Virus record (IMG/VR): IMGVR_UViG_3300025387_000013
Coordinates: 1-46,519 of that record
Length of the DNA: 46,519 nucleotides
From: a virus
Taxonomy: Duplodnaviria > Heunggongvirae > Uroviricota > Caudoviricetes
Direction: 5' to 3' (one strand)
Position numbers and translations under genes: made by a program. Positions within the stretch are counted from its first letter, which is position 1; each line of letters starts with the position of its first letter. Below are positions 1 to 8,867 of the stretch, in pieces. The notes below the pieces were generated by a model, which worked only from the letters and a program-made list of their open reading frames with translations, was not told the DNA's origin and searched no databases.

Positions 1-8
1 AAGGAGGA

Positions 9-686
9 ATGGTAGATTGTAAATGTTGTTCTGGAACTGGTTATCAAACTGAAATTGGTGAGGAGAAATCATTTGATAATATTTGTGAAGAATGTGGTGG
101 ATTTGGTGAATATGAAGATATTACAGAAATCAATCATGGAGAAAAGATTGGCAATCTTACAATGCTCTATTTAGATCTTCCTAACAGAGCAGAGAATAGA
201 TTCACAGATGCTCACACAGGAACATTTGATATTCGTATTGGTAGAGCTGTAAACATGGACCCTGCAGCTTGTAGATGGAATACAGACGATTGTGGTGCAG
301 AAGGTCTTCATTTCACTAGTGATGAGATTCATTATGTAGGATGTGGTGATATGTCTGTTCTAGTTCTTATCAATCCTATGAAAGTGGTTGGTATTGGTGA
401 ATCTAAAGGTAGATGTTGGGAATATCTTCCAATCATGACTGTACCACGTGAAGAAGCCACTACTATTTTACACGATCTTGATTTTGATATTCTTGAATTA
501 GACGAGAGCTTTGCAGTTCGTGAATTAGAAAATCTTGCTGATAAAGCTAGAGAAGGATTTACAGCAGAAGCTAAGAAATACGATTTCAACCTACCTGCTC
601 TATCTAGTGCTGAAGTGGAAGCTATTGTTAAAAATCTTGATCAGATTAAAGAAGAAATCTCTAAGAGAATTGTAAAAATTGATTAA
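9..686 (+). CDS. rIIB-like protein, C-terminal part (probably 5'-truncated by window), with CxxC...CxxC zinc-finger-like segment
   Basis: Motifs FTDAHTGTFDIRIGRAVNM, CGAEGLHF, VLVLINPMKVV and SKGRCWEY resemble T4-type rIIB. CKCCSGTG...CEECGGFG lies at the N-end. The frame is open upstream of position 9. Confidence 0.6.
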   Translation: MVDCKCCSGTGYQTEIGEEKSFDNICEECGGFGEYEDITEINHGEKIGNLTMLYLDLPNRAENRFTDAHTGTFDIRIGRAVNMDPAACRWNTDDCGAEGLHFTSDEIHYVGCGDMSVLVLINPMKVVGIGESKGRCWEYLPIMTVPREEATTILHDLDFDILELDESFAVRELENLADKAREGFTAEAKKYDFNLPALSSAEVEAIVKNLDQIKEEISKRIVKID

Positions 687-726
687 TTTTATATGCCTGG
701 GGACCAAAAGTCCTCAGGCTTTTATT

Positions 727-1119
727 ATGAAAAAGAAATCAATTAAGAAAGCTGCTAAGCCAAGAGTTCCTAAAACTAGGAATGCTGGTACAATGACAGA
801 ATCTGCATTTTGGAGCTTTATAAGAAGTGGGCTAAGACAGAAATCAAGATGGTGGAAACCCATTACAATGTGTAAACTTAATGCTAAAAGGATTTATAAA
901 GGTCCTAATAAGAGACAGAAGTTTGAATACCAATGTAATGAGTGTAAACAATGGTTTCCTGATAAGATTATTAATGTAGACCACATAGTTCCTGCGGGTT
1001 CTCTCAATTGTGCAGCAGATCTTCCAGGATTTGTAGAGAGACTGTTCTGTGAATTAGACAACTTACAAGTGTTATGTACAGATTGTCATGATAAAAAAAC
1101 TAAAAATGATAAAAAATGA
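727..1119 (+). CDS. HNH endonuclease (Zn-binding)
   Basis: YQCNEC...INVDHIVP...NLQVLCTDCHDKKT. Start placed at ATG 727 (MKKKS); ORF track starts at 679. Confidence 0.8.
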   Translation: MKKKSIKKAAKPRVPKTRNAGTMTESAFWSFIRSGLRQKSRWWKPITMCKLNAKRIYKGPNKRQKFEYQCNECKQWFPDKIINVDHIVPAGSLNCAADLPGFVERLFCELDNLQVLCTDCHDKKTKNDKK

Positions 1120-1388
1120 GTGAAGAAGAAAAAATAGAACTTTCAATTAACACAAGACCATCGTTTACAGAAACTTGGTATGAGGGCCATGTTACATACA
1201 ATGGTGTAGAGCACAAGTTTTGGTTAATTCATCCAGATGGTGTAGATGAGAATGGTAATGAATATGAATTAGATGTAAGATGGTTCTTTGCTAGAGTTCC
1301 TAGAGAAATTAGAGCTCTCTATCCACAAATCATTTCAGCCTTTAAACAGAAACAATATGGTAATGCTCCAATTAAATCCAACAATTGA
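1116..1388 (+). CDS. hypothetical phage protein
   Basis: 90-aa ORF with ATGA overlap to the upstream stop. Confidence 0.7.
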   Translation: MSEEEKIELSINTRPSFTETWYEGHVTYNGVEHKFWLIHPDGVDENGNEYELDVRWFFARVPREIRALYPQIISAFKQKQYGNAPIKSNN

Positions 1389-1638
1389 GGTGCATACACC
1401 ACTAGGAGATGGTGAAGCTTTGTTCATCATAGACTATGGAATTAGTGTTAACACTATATGGGTGGTTAGATTTCCAAAGGGAATAATTAAACATCTGTAT
1501 AGTGATGATATTAGAGTGTATAGCAATCCAATGAATGGAGAAGGATGGGATGTAGAAAGACTAGATGATATAGTAGATAAGCTCCCTAAGAATTTAAGAA
1601 GAAACACAGATTTTTTAACTAAAAATGAAACAAAATGA
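1357..1638 (+). CDS. hypothetical phage protein
   Basis: In-frame ATGs at 1357/1363 (MVMLQLNPTIEVHTPLGDGEALFIIDYG); fills the gap and overlaps the next start as ATGA. Confidence 0.65.
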   Translation: MVMLQLNPTIEVHTPLGDGEALFIIDYGISVNTIWVVRFPKGIIKHLYSDDIRVYSNPMNGEGWDVERLDDIVDKLPKNLRRNTDFLTKNETK

Positions 1639-2666
1639 TACAAGGAGTGTTAAAAACTGAAGCTCAGTATAGAGCTACATTAATGGATAGTTCTTCAAGT
1701 TTGAAGGAATTCTCTACAAACAGAAAGAAATATCATAAGAAATATGTTCTTGGTGAAAAGGTGGATGATGAAGATAGTAAAGCTTCTGTCACTGGTAGAC
1801 TAGTGGAAACATTGTTAATGGAGGAACATCTATTTGATGAGAAATTTCATATGTCTATTGTTACATCTGCTCCTACAGGACTTATGCTTGAGTTTGTTGA
1901 AGCTCTATATAAGCACACTGTATCTGCCACAGATAGTGATGGTAATGTTATTAGAGATTTTGAATCTATATGCTTGGATGCATATAAAGATTCAGGATTT
2001 AAAATCAAAATAGATGCTGTTCTAGGTAAGTTTATAGGAAGCGATGCTGAGGTTTATTATAAAGAGATTAGAGAAGTGAGAAGCAAAGGCTTAACAGTTG
2101 TAACAGCTGAAGACATCACTAATGCTAATAGAATTGTAGAAGAGCTTAAGAGCAATCCCATCACTGCAGACATTGTGAATAAGGTGAATAGTGGTAGATG
2201 GACTGTATACAATCAGTTACAAGTGGAAGGATATTCAGTGCACGATCATCTGTTTAAGAGTATGATGGATAAGGTGATTGTTGATCACAAAGAAAAGACT
2301 ATTCAAGTGTATGACCTTAAATGTACATGGAGTGTAGAAAACTTTTATGAAGAATACTATCTCTATAGAAGAGCTTATATTCAGGCTTATTTATATTTCT
2401 ATGCTGCTAAGTGGTGGTTTACAAACCTTGGTTACACTATTCTAGATCCTATATTCATTGTATGTGACAGCACTAATTATATGTCTCCATTACTCTATCA
2501 AACAACTATTGATTCTATGCTTGATGCTAAGAAAGGATTTGAACATAAGGGTAAGAAGTATCCAGGTGTTGAAAGTTTAATACTAGACCTACATTGGGCT
2601 ATTGAGAATGATATTTGGAATATCACTAGAGAGAACTATATTAATAATGGAGTTGTAAAATTATAA
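1635..2666 (+). CDS. PD-(D/E)XK exonuclease (RecE/ExoVIII/Cas4-like)
   Basis: TGRLVETLL; MMDKVIVDH...VYDLKCT; YIQAYLY (QxxxY). Confidence 0.75.
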   Translation: MIQGVLKTEAQYRATLMDSSSSLKEFSTNRKKYHKKYVLGEKVDDEDSKASVTGRLVETLLMEEHLFDEKFHMSIVTSAPTGLMLEFVEALYKHTVSATDSDGNVIRDFESICLDAYKDSGFKIKIDAVLGKFIGSDAEVYYKEIREVRSKGLTVVTAEDITNANRIVEELKSNPITADIVNKVNSGRWTVYNQLQVEGYSVHDHLFKSMMDKVIVDHKEKTIQVYDLKCTWSVENFYEEYYLYRRAYIQAYLYFYAAKWWFTNLGYTILDPIFIVCDSTNYMSPLLYQTTIDSMLDAKKGFEHKGKKYPGVESLILDLHWAIENDIWNITRENYINNGVVKL

Positions 2667-2667
2667 G

Positions 2668-3219
2668 ATGGAAGTAAAGAAGACTGTCACTAGTATATTC
2701 ATTGTACCCACTCTCGGTATAGGTAGAGAAAGGCTGCTTGACAATGGGTATATTAATGGATATATTAAAGATGAAAGAAGAGATGTACAATATGAGAATT
2801 CTGTATATGTGCTCTTCAAGCCCAAAGACTTGTACAAGTTTAGAAACTTTCTAGACACTGAGTATGAACGTACTAAACAGATTATTGATGATTATGATTA
2901 TGAAGCAGGTTATGTTGTTGTGGTGTATCAAATCAACAAAGAACTTGCTTCTGATATAACATTGATATATGAAGGCAAGTATTCTAAAACATCAAAGAAG
3001 TTCCAGTCTATATTCCCTAAGATTGTTAAGTTAAAGCTAAACGGATTACACAAAGATGAAATAAGTCTTCAATATCGTGTCTTTAACAAAACAGAGGATT
3101 TACGCCAATATTGGGAAGATAAGCTAGGAGTGGAATTTGATGAAGAATGGGAAGTTTGGGATGGTTTTAGTGAAGAACAAGAAACTCTTAACCTAGATAA
3201 ACTTAAAGAAAATGTATAA
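2668..3219 (+). CDS. hypothetical phage protein
   Basis: 183-aa ORF, operon-packed. Confidence 0.75.
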   Translation: MEVKKTVTSIFIVPTLGIGRERLLDNGYINGYIKDERRDVQYENSVYVLFKPKDLYKFRNFLDTEYERTKQIIDDYDYEAGYVVVVYQINKELASDITLIYEGKYSKTSKKFQSIFPKIVKLKLNGLHKDEISLQYRVFNKTEDLRQYWEDKLGVEFDEEWEVWDGFSEEQETLNLDKLKENV

Positions 3220-3421
3220 TGAAAAATTATTAAACAAACTAGTAGAAAAGTTTGGTCAAGAAGCCACAATCCTCTTCTGTAAAATGGAGAGTGAAAAGAA
3301 TGATATTCTATATAAGGATTGTATCATACATGGAGATGATGAACCTGTGGAATATGATTTTGAAAGAGATTGGTGGGCTGAATCTAGTAAAACCTTAAAA
3401 CAAAGAGTATGCAAGGATTAG
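3212..3421 (+). CDS. hypothetical protein
   Basis: 69-aa ORF overlapping both neighbours. Confidence 0.6.
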   Translation: MYNEKLLNKLVEKFGQEATILFCKMESEKNDILYKDCIIHGDDEPVEYDFERDWWAESSKTLKQRVCKD

Positions 3422-3771
3422 AATTATTAAAAACGTATGATAAAGCAGGAGAAGTTGTTAAGAAGTTCTATCTAGATAAGCTTGCAGATTCTTTAAATGA
3501 CAAGAATGTTCCTGATAATTACAAAGAATTCATTAATTCAAATGATTATGAAGATGAGCAGTTTGCTACATTGATAGATGCTCAACCTAGGGCCCTATTT
3601 GATCTGTTTGATGAATATGGAATAATCATTGTAATTGATTATGATAGTGCTTATAAAAAGTTTATATTCCATTCTAACAATGGATCATTAGACAGAGAGT
3701 TTAAAACCAGAAGAGAAGCTGAAAAAGCTGCTATTGAAGAATCTTTTAAATTATTAAATTACAAACTATGA
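3409..3771 (+). CDS. hypothetical protein
   Basis: 120-aa ORF, operon-packed. Confidence 0.65.
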   Translation: MQGLELLKTYDKAGEVVKKFYLDKLADSLNDKNVPDNYKEFINSNDYEDEQFATLIDAQPRALFDLFDEYGIIIVIDYDSAYKKFIFHSNNGSLDREFKTRREAEKAAIEESFKLLNYKL

Positions 3772-3992
3772 GAGATCTAATAGTAGAAGATGTTGTTGAC
3801 AAATACTTAGAAAGAAGTCAAAAAGGAATTACTAAGTATGGTACCACCCTAGAAAAGAATAACACAGATGATTTTATTACTCATGCATTGGAAGAAGCTA
3901 TGGATTTTACATTATATTTAATGAAAATAAAGCAAATTCTAAAAGCAAAAGGATATGAAAGAATTGAAGATGTTCCTGATTTTAAACAATAA
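3768..3992 (+). CDS. small all-alpha phage protein, possibly MazG/NTP-pyrophosphohydrolase-like
   Basis: ERSQKGITKYGTTL...HALEEAMDFTLYL (KY + EExxD pattern). Confidence 0.5.
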   Translation: MRDLIVEDVVDKYLERSQKGITKYGTTLEKNNTDDFITHALEEAMDFTLYLMKIKQILKAKGYERIEDVPDFKQ

Positions 3993-3995
3993 TTT

Positions 3996-4574
3996 ATGGG
4001 AAGTAAACAAATAAACTTAATTGGTCAAACATTTAACAGATTAACTGTTTTAAAACAAGAATCATCTGTATTATATGGAAAAACCAAAAAAAGAACTTGG
4101 TTATGTAAATGTTCTTGTGGAAAAGAAATAATAATTAACACAGGAGCATTAACTAGTGGAAATACTAAATCTTGTGGATGCTTTCATGATGAATTATCTG
4201 CAGATATTAGTAGAAAGTCTAGATATAAACTTGCAAAGCCAGATTCTGGATATAAGTCTATTATGAACTCTTATAAAGGAAATGCTATAAAAAGAGGATA
4301 TGAGTTTACTTTAACTTTTGATGAGTTCAAAAAGTTAGTATTATCTAACTGTTATTATTGTGGAATAGAGCCTTCTAATGTATATTTTAGAAATTATTAT
4401 GATGTTCCATACAATGGCATAGACAGAATAAATAACAATGTTGGTTATTTACCATCAAATGTAGTTGCATGTTGTAAAATTTGCAATATTGCAAAAAATA
4501 ATAATACATATGATGAATTTATGCAATGGATAGATAGGTTAATTCATCACAAAATAACTAATTCAGTTAGCTAG
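3996..4574 (+). CDS. free-standing His-Me/HNH-type homing endonuclease-like protein
   Basis: IGQTFNRLTV...WLCKCSCG...SGNTKSCGC N-terminal module; CYYCG...NGIDRINNNVGYLPSNVVACCKICN nuclease module. Confidence 0.75.
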   Translation: MGSKQINLIGQTFNRLTVLKQESSVLYGKTKKRTWLCKCSCGKEIIINTGALTSGNTKSCGCFHDELSADISRKSRYKLAKPDSGYKSIMNSYKGNAIKRGYEFTLTFDEFKKLVLSNCYYCGIEPSNVYFRNYYDVPYNGIDRINNNVGYLPSNVVACCKICNIAKNNNTYDEFMQWIDRLIHHKITNSVS

Positions 4575-4588
4575 AATTTTTAAATTCT

Positions 4589-4620
4589 CTTGGTTTATAA
4601 AAGGGGTAGTAGTACATTTG
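4589..4620 (+). promoter_or_regulatory. Bacteroidota housekeeping-sigma promoter upstream of nrdJ
   Basis: CTTG(4589-92)-N20-TACATTTG(4613-20), matching the -33 TTTG / -7 TAnnTTTG consensus with one mismatch. Confidence 0.6.
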
Positions 4621-4636
4621 CTACCCCTTATTTTTT
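4601..4636 (+). terminator. hairpin plus T-tract (intrinsic terminator-like)
   Basis: AAGGGGTAG(4601-09)/CTACCCCTT(4621-29) perfect 9-bp stem followed by ATTTTTT. Confidence 0.65.
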
Positions 4637-4654
4637 AACCAAAAACAATTAAAT

Positions 4655-6571
4655 ATGGATTTAGGATTAGATACATTGAGTAAAATTACGGTGTTTAGTA
4701 AATATGCTAAATACCTCCCAGATCAGAAAAGAAGAGAAACTTGGGATGAGATAGTGGATAGGTATCAGAATATGATGATTAAAAAATATCCTAAATTAGA
4801 GACAGCTATCAAGAATAGTGCAGTGTTTATTAGAGAAAAGAAGGTGTTACCATCTATGAGAGCTCTACAGTTTGCAGGTCCTGCAGCTGAGGTGAATAAC
4901 TCACGTATTTATAACTGTTGTTTCTTACCAGTGGATAGTCTTTATAGCTTCTCAGAAACTATGTTTCTATTGCTAGGAGGTACAGGCGTAGGCTATTCAG
5001 TGCAGAAACACCACGTAGATCAATTACCAGTTATTAAGAGACAAGATGTCTATAAACAAAAGACATGGCTTATTGAAGATTCTATTATGGGATGGGCTGA
5101 TGCTGTTAAAGTGTTGATGAAGTTCTATTTTGAAGGAGGTTTTAAGCCTAAGTTTGACTTTAGGGCCATTAGACATAAGGGTGCTAGACTTGTAACAGCA
5201 GGTGGTAAAGCTCCTGGACCAGAACCTCTTAAGATAGCATTGACACATATTGATGCTATTATGGAGAGAAAAGAGAACGGTAGCAAACTTACACCATTAG
5301 AATGTCATGATATCATGTGTCACATTGCTAATAGTGTTCTTGCAGGTGGTATTAGACGTTCAGCCATGATTGCTCTATTTAGTTACGATGATGAAGAAAT
5401 GGTTACATGTAAATACGGAAACTGGTGGGAACTAAATGAACAACGTGGTAGAGCTAATAACTCAGCTGTTCTTGTAAGAGATGAAGTGTTTGCTGCAGAA
5501 TTTACTGACCTATGGAAGAGAATTGAAGCTAGTGGAAGTGGTGAACCAGGAATCTATTGGACAAACAATAAAGATTGGGGAACTAATCCATGTTGTGAGA
5601 TTGCTCTTAGGCCCTATCAATTCTGTAATTTATGTGAGGTGAATGTAAGTGATGTAGTTGATCAAGAAGATTTAAATAATCGTGTAGCTGTTGCTGCGTT
5701 CTTTGGTACATTACAAGCAGGATTCTTTGATTTTCACTATCTTAGAGACGTGTGGCAAAAGACCACTGAAAAAGATGCATTGTTAGGAATTGGTATGACT
5801 GGTATTGCTTCTGGAGAGATTCTTAAATACAACTTGGAATATGCTGCCAATACAGCTATTACAGTGAACAGAGATATTTCTATGTTAATAGGAACTAATG
5901 AAGCTGCTAGAATTACATGTATTAAGCCTTCTGGGACCACATCTTTAGTTTTAGGTACAGCTAGTGGTATTCATGCTTGGCATGCTCCTTACTACCTTAG
6001 AACAATGAGATTTAATAAGAATGAAGACATTGCTATGTATTTAATGATTAATCATCCAGAACTTTGTGAAGATGATGTGCTCAGACCAAAAGATACATTG
6101 TGTGTAAGAATTCCTGTTAAAGCCCCTGAAGGATCTATATTCAGAACAGAAACAGCTATTGATACACTAGAACGTGTTAAGAAATTCTCTACAGAATGGA
6201 TTAAGCCAGGACACATTAAAGGAGACAATACACATAATGTAAGTGCTACAATATCTATTGATTCTCAAAGAAAGATAGGTAATGATAAGTTTGATATGAT
6301 GGGTAATGAAGGAGTTAAAGTAATAAATGAATGGGAAGTTGTAGGAGAATGGATGTGGCAGAATAGACAGTTTTATAATGGCCTTAGTGTACTACCTACT
6401 TTCAATCACACATATCAACAAGCTCCATTTGAAGACATTACAGAAGAACAATACAATAAGAGAGTGTCTCACTTAAAAGCTTTAGATCTTTCTAATGTAA
6501 TGGAAATTGACGATAATGTTCAATTTTCTCAAATAGCAAGTTGTGCTGGTGGTGCTTGTGAAATCGTATAA
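4655..6571 (+). CDS. nrdJ: class II (B12-dependent) ribonucleotide reductase, monomeric type
   Basis: PSMRALQFAG, YNCCF, GGIRRSA, GTNPCCEI (NPCxE), KPSGTTS, C-terminal CAGGAC; no NrdB partner in the window. Confidence 0.92.
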   Translation: MDLGLDTLSKITVFSKYAKYLPDQKRRETWDEIVDRYQNMMIKKYPKLETAIKNSAVFIREKKVLPSMRALQFAGPAAEVNNSRIYNCCFLPVDSLYSFSETMFLLLGGTGVGYSVQKHHVDQLPVIKRQDVYKQKTWLIEDSIMGWADAVKVLMKFYFEGGFKPKFDFRAIRHKGARLVTAGGKAPGPEPLKIALTHIDAIMERKENGSKLTPLECHDIMCHIANSVLAGGIRRSAMIALFSYDDEEMVTCKYGNWWELNEQRGRANNSAVLVRDEVFAAEFTDLWKRIEASGSGEPGIYWTNNKDWGTNPCCEIALRPYQFCNLCEVNVSDVVDQEDLNNRVAVAAFFGTLQAGFFDFHYLRDVWQKTTEKDALLGIGMTGIASGEILKYNLEYAANTAITVNRDISMLIGTNEAARITCIKPSGTTSLVLGTASGIHAWHAPYYLRTMRFNKNEDIAMYLMINHPELCEDDVLRPKDTLCVRIPVKAPEGSIFRTETAIDTLERVKKFSTEWIKPGHIKGDNTHNVSATISIDSQRKIGNDKFDMMGNEGVKVINEWEVVGEWMWQNRQFYNGLSVLPTFNHTYQQAPFEDITEEQYNKRVSHLKALDLSNVMEIDDNVQFSQIASCAGGACEIV

Positions 6572-6582
6572 ACACACATAAT

Positions 6583-6777
6583 ATGGAAAACGAAAAGAAA
6601 GATTTTGTAAAAGATGTAGACTACTATCTAGAATATGGATATGTAATCTTTACAGAAAAATATTTAAAAGAAAAAGGAGAATGTTGTGGTAGTAAATGTA
6701 GACATTGCCCTTATGAGCCAACAAACATAAGAGGTATATCTACGCTAAAAGAGACCACACCTCCTTCAACAACCTAG
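6583..6777 (+). CDS. small Cys-rich protein (DUF5522-like)
   Basis: FTEKYLKEKGECCGSKCRHCPY. Confidence 0.7.
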   Translation: MENEKKDFVKDVDYYLEYGYVIFTEKYLKEKGECCGSKCRHCPYEPTNIRGISTLKETTPPSTT

Positions 6778-6785
6778 TTACTAAT

Positions 6786-6817
6786 TTTGATTTTACCCCC
6801 TAATGTGTCTACATTTG
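6786..6817 (+). promoter_or_regulatory. Bacteroidota housekeeping-sigma promoter upstream of recA
   Basis: TTTG(6786-89)-N20-TACATTTG(6810-17), exact consensus. Confidence 0.7.
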
Positions 6818-6832
6818 GGGGGTTTTTATTTT
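6795..6832 (+). terminator. hairpin plus T-tract
   Basis: ACCCCCT-AATGT-gtct-ACATT-T-GGGGGGT followed by TTTTATTTT. Confidence 0.6.
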
Positions 6833-6836
6833 AAAC

Positions 6837-6865
6837 TGTCGCAAAAAAAGATTAAATTTGCGACA
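6837..6865. promoter_or_regulatory. 9-bp inverted repeat (operator-like) containing a second -7 box
   Basis: TGTCGCAAA-N11-TTTGCGACA; TAAATTTG at 6853-6860; 17 nt before the recA ATG. Confidence 0.55.
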
Positions 6866-6882
6866 ATAAAAACAACTAAAAT

Positions 6883-7911
6883 ATGGCTAAAGCAGTTAAA
6901 CAAGAGGGTGGAGTTTCTAAGTTTCAAGATGCATTAGATAAGCTCAATAAGACTTATGGTGCTGGAACTGTACTAACATTAGATAGTAAGACAAATGGTA
7001 ATTATGATGTAATCAGTACAGGAAGTATTGGATTTGATAACATTACATTAGGTACAGGAGGATTTGTTAAAGGTAAGATGTATGAATTGATGGGTTGGGA
7101 AGGATCTGGTAAATCAACTATCTGTGGACATGTTGTAGCTGAATGCCAAAAGAAAGGTGGAGTAGCATTGTATATTGATGGTGAACATGCCGTAGATAAA
7201 AAGTATTTTGAAGCTATTGGTGTAGACACTACTAAAATGTTAATTGCTCAACCTAGTTGTGGTGAAGAAGGTTTTCAAATTGCTATGGATATGATAAACA
7301 CTGGTGATATTGATCTAGTGATAATTGATAGTGATAGCTCTTTGATTCCTAAAAAAGTGTTAGATGGTGATGTAGGAGATAGTTCTATTGGTAAAAAAGC
7401 TCTATTGAATAGCAATGCCTACCCAAAATTAAAAAGTGCTCTATCTGAACACAATGTTTGTGTTATTGTAATTAGTCAATACAGAGAGAAAATTGGCATG
7501 ATGTTCGGTAATCCTACAACAACACAAGGTGGACATGCTCTTAAGTTCTACACAGATTGTAGAATTGAGGTGAGTAAGAGTCTTGGTAAAGATGGGGATG
7601 TAAACTATGGTAATATTACTAAGGTGAAAGCTATTAAGAACAAAATGTCTGCTCCTTATAGAATTCATTCATTTGATATTATTTATGGCCAGGGTATTGA
7701 TAAGATTGGAGAGATTATGGAACTTATCAATGAGTTTGAACTTGGTAGAAAGTATGGTAAGACAATGACTTTTAATGAAATTAAATATGATCTTGATCAA
7801 TTCAAGAGCATGATTATTGATAACGAAGAATTTTACAATGAAATCAAAACAACCATTATTGACAAAATCAATAACACCCAGATCAAAATCGAAGAAACTC
7901 ATGAAGATTAA
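6883..7911 (+). CDS. recA: RecA recombinase
   Basis: STGSIGFD, Walker A GWEGSGKST, IDGEHA, Walker B LVIIDS, TQGGHALKFY, KNK. Confidence 0.95.
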   Translation: MAKAVKQEGGVSKFQDALDKLNKTYGAGTVLTLDSKTNGNYDVISTGSIGFDNITLGTGGFVKGKMYELMGWEGSGKSTICGHVVAECQKKGGVALYIDGEHAVDKKYFEAIGVDTTKMLIAQPSCGEEGFQIAMDMINTGDIDLVIIDSDSSLIPKKVLDGDVGDSSIGKKALLNSNAYPKLKSALSEHNVCVIVISQYREKIGMMFGNPTTTQGGHALKFYTDCRIEVSKSLGKDGDVNYGNITKVKAIKNKMSAPYRIHSFDIIYGQGIDKIGEIMELINEFELGRKYGKTMTFNEIKYDLDQFKSMIIDNEEFYNEIKTTIIDKINNTQIKIEETHED

Positions 7912-8329
7912 ATTACAGAAAATAACAGAAGATGTTAAAATGCCTATTAAGGTAACTGTAGATGCTGCTTGTTATGATGTATATGCTCACACTATTATAC
8001 ATAAAGAAAACAAGGTGTATGTTGGTCTTGGGTTTAAAACAGAAATACCTAAAGGATATAAAGGTATAATTGTACCACGTAGCAATATTGCTAAATATAA
8101 TTGGGTGATGAACAACTCATTTGGAGTTATTGATTCTGATTATAGAGGTGAGTGGTTAGCTATATTTACACCTATAATTGCTTCTGAAGAAGAGTTTCCT
8201 TATTCTATAGGAGAACGAGTGGCACAGATTTATTTTGAAGAAGTGTTAGAAACTACTTTTGAAATTGTACAAGATTTAGAATCTTCAGAAAGAGGAGAAG
8301 GTGGATTTGGTAGTACAGGTGTCAAGTAA
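7901..8329 (+). CDS. dut: trimeric dUTPase
   Basis: AACYDV, PRS, GVIDSDYRGE, RVAQ, ERGEGGFGSTG. Start placed at ATG 7901. Confidence 0.93.
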   Translation: MKIKLQKITEDVKMPIKVTVDAACYDVYAHTIIHKENKVYVGLGFKTEIPKGYKGIIVPRSNIAKYNWVMNNSFGVIDSDYRGEWLAIFTPIIASEEEFPYSIGERVAQIYFEEVLETTFEIVQDLESSERGEGGFGSTGVK

Positions 8330-8441
8330 ATTGTGCAAAATACTTGACATTATATGTTTTTACATATAAGTTAACTCATTAATAATCAATTATATGCAAA
8401 CACATATAATAATTATTCCTATTTAAAATTCATGCAAAATA

Positions 8442-8843
8442 ATGAAAGCTAAATGTAAAACATGTGGAAAGAATTGTGAAGGAGAATATTGTTTTAGGCA
8501 CAAGACTAGAAAGCCATTAGTTGGAAAAAAGTTGGATATTACCTACATTAAGCCCAAGAATGAGGATAATGTCCAACAAATCCAACAAATGCGAGATTTC
8601 TTTCTCTCTATATGGAAAAGAAGATTACATAATTGTGAAAATTGTGGAAAGTGGCTTGGAAATGAACCTCTTTCTTACATGTTTGATCATCTTCTTGAAA
8701 AAAGTAAATATCCAGAACTTAAATATGAAAAAGAAAATATAATGTTAGTTTGTCTAGAATGTCATGACAATAAAACTAGAGGAAATTTAACTAATTTATT
8801 TAAAGAAAAAATAAAAATAATTAAAGATAAGTTTGGAAAATAA
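8442..8843 (+). CDS. HNH/NinG-like Zn-binding nuclease
   Basis: CKTCGKNCEGEYCFRH N-terminus; CENCG...FDHLLEKSKYPELKYEKENIMLVCLECH. Confidence 0.7.
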   Translation: MKAKCKTCGKNCEGEYCFRHKTRKPLVGKKLDITYIKPKNEDNVQQIQQMRDFFLSIWKRRLHNCENCGKWLGNEPLSYMFDHLLEKSKYPELKYEKENIMLVCLECHDNKTRGNLTNLFKEKIKIIKDKFGK

Positions 8844-8867
8844 TATTATACTTCCTACCTTTATTTA

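Noticed and set aside
1-8. AAGGAGG Shine-Dalgarno before ATG 9
   Set aside because: The frame is open upstream (GGA GGA), the rIIB-like protein lacks its expected N-terminus, and other genes here lack SD sequences; more likely coding sequence.
4655-7911. Inteins or group I introns in nrdJ and recA
   Set aside because: Both proteins have normal lengths and contiguous motifs; no C...HN intein ends or frame breaks.
8330-8441. E. coli-type TTGACA-N17-TAAGTT promoter and three TGCAAAA repeats in the intergenic gap
   Set aside because: Does not fit the Bacteroidota consensus used elsewhere in the window; the region is extremely AT-rich, so chance matches are likely.
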